Virus record (IMG/VR): IMGVR_UViG_3300037067_027684
Coordinates: 1-64,000 of that record
Reading direction: 5' to 3' (one strand)
Source of the DNA: a virus
Lineage: Duplodnaviria; Caudoviricetes
DNA: 64,000 bases
Below the pieces are notes generated by a model, which had not been told where the DNA came from, did not search any database, and was given only the letters and a program-made list of their open reading frames with translations. The position numbers were made by a program, and so were the translations under genes. Positions 59,828-64,000 of the stretch are shown here, piece by piece (the first letter of the stretch is position 1; every line of letters begins with the position of its first letter).

Positions 59828-60723
59828 TGGGATTGCAGGGAATAATTACTGACCCAAAGACTGGTCTTGAAGAGACATGCGCTGTCGTATGGGATATAAT
59901 TCCACCCGATGGTAAAATATCATCATATTGGATTCGAGTGAAAATAATAAGAGACAATGGGCATGTTTTTGCTTCAGGAGCTATTCCTTATGATGATCCT
60001 GAAGCAGATGCAGCGGAATGGTGTAAAAGTAAAGGTGTTAGGCTAGGAGGCACAACTGTGAATCGCAGAATTCTGAAAGCTCCCCAAGTGACAGAGGAGA
60101 AGAAACATACGTTTGTTCTGCGCTTAGAAGATAAATTAAACGAAGCATTTGGTGGCCAATTTGCCACTATCGGTGGTAAGAAATATTCAATCGCAGGAAT
60201 GGATGCTCAGGGTCGAAGACAATTATCTGGTCCAGGTGGTCCAGTTGGTTATATTGACGCAGAGGGGAATGTTCAAGTTTCCGGTCCAAGTTTTGATGAT
60301 GAGGAGACAGCTAAACCACAAAGAGGTGGTCCGAAGAAATCTGGTTGGGAAGTGGAGTGGCAAGGCACTGATGGTATGAAGGCTGGTAAATTCTTCCCGA
60401 AGAATGAGGGTATGGATGAATGCCCAATGTGTAAGGGTGCTGGTAAGGTTCCAGGTAGTGGAGCTAATCGTTGTAAGCAATGTGCTGGTACTGGTAAGGT
60501 AGTTGGTGCGACTGGCGCAGCTTCAAAATGCCCTGCTTGTAAAGGTAGGGGTAGCACTCCTGATGTGATTAATCCCAAAGGCGAGAAATGTCAGGGATGT
60601 TTTGGAATGGGAGTGCAGAATCCGAGGTTACAGGAGTTCGTTAAAGCTTTGAGAAGTGCTGGTCGTGGCCCCGTGGTTAAGATAGCTCGCGGGGAAAGCC
60701 AGTATATGTCAGCTAAAGAATAA
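59827..60723 (+). CDS. late protein with DnaJ-type CxxCxGxG Zn finger
   Basis: four CxxCxGxG repeats, no J domain; late motif 5 nt before ATG. Confidence 0.75.
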   Translation: MGLQGIITDPKTGLEETCAVVWDIIPPDGKISSYWIRVKIIRDNGHVFASGAIPYDDPEADAAEWCKSKGVRLGGTTVNRRILKAPQVTEEKKHTFVLRLEDKLNEAFGGQFATIGGKKYSIAGMDAQGRRQLSGPGGPVGYIDAEGNVQVSGPSFDDEETAKPQRGGPKKSGWEVEWQGTDGMKAGKFFPKNEGMDECPMCKGAGKVPGSGANRCKQCAGTGKVVGATGAASKCPACKGRGSTPDVINPKGEKCQGCFGMGVQNPRLQEFVKALRSAGRGPVVKIARGESQYMSAKE

Positions 60724-60771
60724 TTCGTTCGATTATAAATACAAAAATAGCTAAAGAATAGAGGATACGAT

Positions 60772-63147
60772 ATGGCCGTATTACCTAATGGCGAATTTGA
60801 TTCTCAAGTTTTTATCGATGCATTTGGAATTAGATGGGTGTATCGTACTGAAGATGACTGTTGGCACCGCGATGGCAAGGTTTCGCAATTCCCACTTGCT
60901 AGTTTGACCACTACTGGCCTATTGTCTAAAGAATTCAAGTATATGTTGGATACAGTTGTTGATAAGGGTGGTGGTTTCGCGTTGGTTATGAAACCACTTC
61001 TTCAGAAACGTTCACAATCTAATCCGGATGGTGTTATCTTTGGTGATGTGGAATTCGTCAGCGAGAGTCTTAAAATTGCTTGTGTCGATTCTCAAGGGAA
61101 TATAATTCAGGATGCTTGTGGCAATGTGTCATTTAAGGAAAATGATGATCATCCTCCTGGTTTTGATCTGAGTTTTTCGGATGATTTTCTTAAATCGTTT
61201 TGTGTGGAAGTTCCTGGTGGTCCTGGTCCTACTGGTCCTGATGGTTTTCAGGGTGAGGCTGGCGATGATGGGACTGGTGATGGTCCGGTTGGATTGAAGG
61301 GAATCTCGGGGAAAGACGCCGATGCCCATTACAAACTCACTGGAATCAAAATCACAGACGTTGATGATATCTCGGATACCGCAGTTGTTAAACTGGAGTT
61401 GGACAAGCTCAATGGTGTACTCACAGTCACGAAGAGCAAGGTCAAAGTCCCAGACGAAGAAGATGCGGCAGCAGATCAAATTATCGCAAGGCAAGTTATG
61501 CGTGAAATTAAATTTACCGGAGATTGTTGGAAATATGGCATCGTCAAAATACCATGCGGGCCAGGAGATACCTATGACACACTTGACCCAACCATTGCTT
61601 ACTACCCGTCACATTTCCAGGGAACAGGATCAAGTGGAACTGATCGTTTCCAACTCGTGCGCAAAAAATTTAGCGACCTCGTGGACCAGATAATTGATTG
61701 GTATCAAGCTAAGCTAGACGAATGTTCTGATCAATATGACACCAAGATTGAGGCATTTATTAAAGAGAAGGACGCTGAAGCACGAGCACAATTGGATACG
61801 TTAGGTGATAGACTTACAGAATGTGAGAATATTACTTATCTTGATTATTGTATTGGTCTTAATCAGAATTGTAGTCGTGAAGAGGAAGATGGTCAAATGG
61901 TCGATGATGATTCTTGTACATTACTTGCTGAGTCAATAGGCTTTACTTGTCCAGTTGGTTCTTCTGTTAGGTGTAATTCTAGTGCATTTATTATCACGGC
62001 TAGGATTGCTCCAATTTTGTCTTTTGATGCTCCAGCTGCCTTTAAATATCCATCTACTATTGCAAGCCCGTCATCATCGGCAAGGATTTGTGAGACTGGT
62101 TGTTGGGTGATGTTCAATGATGGTTCTAATGCTGTGGGTTTTGTGCCTAGGGGTGGTGCTATTCCTCCTGATTCTCTGAATTATTCATTCCCAGGGAGAA
62201 TTGATTGTGGTGGTGTGATGGGGTTAGATTCTAGACCACCACAATTTAGAACGGATATTTTTGGTGGTGTGAAAGCTACTGATTTGGCTGCGTCATTCCA
62301 GACGTGGGCGTCGAATTTAGCTGGATTGCTTAATTCTGCTCATGTTATTTATGATAAGACTCAGTTAATGTTTGCTGGTAGTAAGGAATTTCAGCCTGGG
62401 ACTTACGTTTTCATGTATTCTTCGGGCGCATTCCGACAAGATAGGTTGAATTCATCTGAGAGATTCGGTGAGAGTCAAGATAGTAATCTTATGATCAATG
62501 GTGATTTCCAGAATTATTTTGTGGGGAATGAGGGTAGTGGTCACACAGTTCATCCTCTTTATATTCTGAATCCATTTGATCTCAATCAGCGTGTTGAGGT
62601 TAATGGGCCTTTGACTTCTACGGAGGTTGGTTTGGAGATTGGTGTTGCTCCTACGACTTATTCTTCTTTAATTCCAGCTAATTATTTTACTAGTCATCCT
62701 TTTGCTCCGTCTAATATTGGTGCTGCTTCTGCGGATGTGCCGTTGCCGCATGTTGATTATGATGGTCTAAGTGCTCTTGAGATGGCTCCAGAGAATCTAA
62801 TTCACTGGTCCAAATTCCCGACTTCGGTTACACAGGGGCATTATGATGAGCAGGAGTTATTGAATGCTTATCAGAATGGTCCAATGAGCAGTAGGGTTTT
62901 GGTTGTTACTATAGTTCAGCCTAGTTTCTTATTTGCTAGGGTGAAGTTGGCTTATTCTGGCGTTAATTTCTTTGGCAATTTAATAATGCCACCTATAACT
63001 GCTGCTACTCAAGCCTTTAATAAAGCTTATTCTTATAATCGGGCCGTTATATACAAGATGGAAGATAATAAGTGGCCTGTTGTTAATGCAAGACCAGTTG
63101 CCAATGGGCAAGTTAGGGTCGAAATAGTTAAGGTAGCGTGTCAATGA
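60772..63147 (+). CDS. collagen-repeat virion fibre protein
   Basis: GPGPTGPDGFQGEAGDDG; LAS...GLLS motif; late motif 60742-60749. Confidence 0.75.
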   Translation: MAVLPNGEFDSQVFIDAFGIRWVYRTEDDCWHRDGKVSQFPLASLTTTGLLSKEFKYMLDTVVDKGGGFALVMKPLLQKRSQSNPDGVIFGDVEFVSESLKIACVDSQGNIIQDACGNVSFKENDDHPPGFDLSFSDDFLKSFCVEVPGGPGPTGPDGFQGEAGDDGTGDGPVGLKGISGKDADAHYKLTGIKITDVDDISDTAVVKLELDKLNGVLTVTKSKVKVPDEEDAAADQIIARQVMREIKFTGDCWKYGIVKIPCGPGDTYDTLDPTIAYYPSHFQGTGSSGTDRFQLVRKKFSDLVDQIIDWYQAKLDECSDQYDTKIEAFIKEKDAEARAQLDTLGDRLTECENITYLDYCIGLNQNCSREEEDGQMVDDDSCTLLAESIGFTCPVGSSVRCNSSAFIITARIAPILSFDAPAAFKYPSTIASPSSSARICETGCWVMFNDGSNAVGFVPRGGAIPPDSLNYSFPGRIDCGGVMGLDSRPPQFRTDIFGGVKATDLAASFQTWASNLAGLLNSAHVIYDKTQLMFAGSKEFQPGTYVFMYSSGAFRQDRLNSSERFGESQDSNLMINGDFQNYFVGNEGSGHTVHPLYILNPFDLNQRVEVNGPLTSTEVGLEIGVAPTTYSSLIPANYFTSHPFAPSNIGAASADVPLPHVDYDGLSALEMAPENLIHWSKFPTSVTQGHYDEQELLNAYQNGPMSSRVLVVTIVQPSFLFARVKLAYSGVNFFGNLIMPPITAATQAFNKAYSYNRAVIYKMEDNKWPVVNARPVANGQVRVEIVKVACQ

Positions 63148-64000
63148 CATTTCCACCTAATCCAACTGATGGAATGATTGTTGAATTTGATAATAACGTG
63201 TATTATCAATATAGTGCCAAGGATCATACTTGGGTTAGATTGGAGGATTATAATTTAGGGGCTGTGTTAGCTACTCCTATGGAAGATGGTTTGATGTCTA
63301 GTGTCGATTTTAAGAAGCTCTATGATTTAATGTTGCCTCCGCCAAAGACGACATTGACAAGTGAAGATTGCACTTATATTTTCGAAAAGGGATTCTTGGG
63401 AATATTTAGTTCGAATGAAGATTTATTTATTGAATCTGAATTACCGTTGATGGATAAGGATGACAAAGGGTTCTCCGTTGAGAGAAAACAAGTATGGCAA
63501 ATTCATGAGAATACATTTGGTATTAATTTTAGAGTTAATCTTAATCAGTTAGTTTCTGAGTTAGAAAGTCGTGGCCAATTGACCTATAGAAAGAGTGCTG
63601 GTGAGCAGGGTAAGAAGGGCGCAAAGGGTAAGCCTGGTGTTGATAAGTTGGATACTGGTCCTCGTGGTACTATTGGTGATGATGGTAAAAATGCTGCTTA
63701 TCCTGGTGATTTAGTTCAAGATTTGGCTATATTGGTTTCCGATGATAACCGTGGTATTGTTGATATTACTAAGGATGAAGTCTCTCCTGATGAGAATTAT
63801 TTATTAGTTACTAGAGCTAGTATTGGTAATCCAGATTTTTGTCCTGAATTCGTGAAGCCTAAGACTATTCAATCTAAATGGATTGCTGTTCTAGATGAAA
63901 GTCCTGCTACTAGAAAAGTCTATAAGGATTGTGGTTCGAAGGGAGATAAGTGCATTCCTGCTACTTGTACTTTGGGTCAGGATGCTATGATTAGAAATTT
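63144..64000 (+). CDS. collagen-repeat virion fibre protein, runs off the window end (absent from ORF track)
   Basis: ATGA overlap; MTFPPNPTDG, LATPMEDGLMS, GEQGKKGAKGKPG. Confidence 0.75.
   Translation, partial: MTFPPNPTDGMIVEFDNNVYYQYSAKDHTWVRLEDYNLGAVLATPMEDGLMSSVDFKKLYDLMLPPPKTTLTSEDCTYIFEKGFLGIFSSNEDLFIESELPLMDKDDKGFSVERKQVWQIHENTFGINFRVNLNQLVSELESRGQLTYRKSAGEQGKKGAKGKPGVDKLDTGPRGTIGDDGKNAAYPGDLVQDLAILVSDDNRGIVDITKDEVSPDENYLLVTRASIGNPDFCPEFVKPKTIQSKWIAVLDESPATRKVYKDCGSKGDKCIPATCTLGQDAMIRN

Noticed and set aside
59827-60723. DnaJ chaperone
   Set aside because: Only the Zn-finger repeats are present; no HPD J-domain.
1-64000. Genome-wide TAG recoding (code 15)
   Set aside because: Long genes are intact in the standard code and TAG ends genes at expected C-termini (e.g. 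dUTPase 5652, deaminase 23996); in-frame ambers were seen only at 854-1566.

Overview
AT-rich, densely coding segment of a very large (jumbo/huge) tailed phage genome. It carries big virion/tail proteins, free-standing homing endonucleases, nucleotide-metabolism genes (dut, tmk, adenosine deaminase), a glycosylation cluster (gmd plus GT9/GT71/GT8-like enzymes), rarA, and a complete type I-E CRISPR-Cas interference module with no cas1/cas2 in the window and a 10-spacer array. The most striking signal is at 287-1577 and is invisible in the ORF track. An amber (CUA) suppressor tRNA behind a late-type promoter faces a minus-strand operon. That operon consists of a 15-codon leader (M-R-amber-V-P-P-F-Y-amber-I-P-P-H-P-P-ochre) whose 3' end pairs with the next gene's ribosome-binding site, a 109-aa gene, and a Pth2-like peptidyl-tRNA hydrolase gene split by an in-frame amber just after a perfect 13-bp hairpin. 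TAG is still a normal stop elsewhere, so this looks like a local amber-readthrough-gated switch, not genome-wide recoding. The adenosine deaminase gene has a second recoding candidate, CTT-TAA-CTA (Leu-stop-Leu) inside its metal-binding motif. Other signals: two recurrent promoter-like motifs, apparent leaderless late genes, RBS-occluding hairpins before nuclease genes, two structured ncRNA candidates and several unusual fusions. All calls come from reading motifs by eye; no searches were run.
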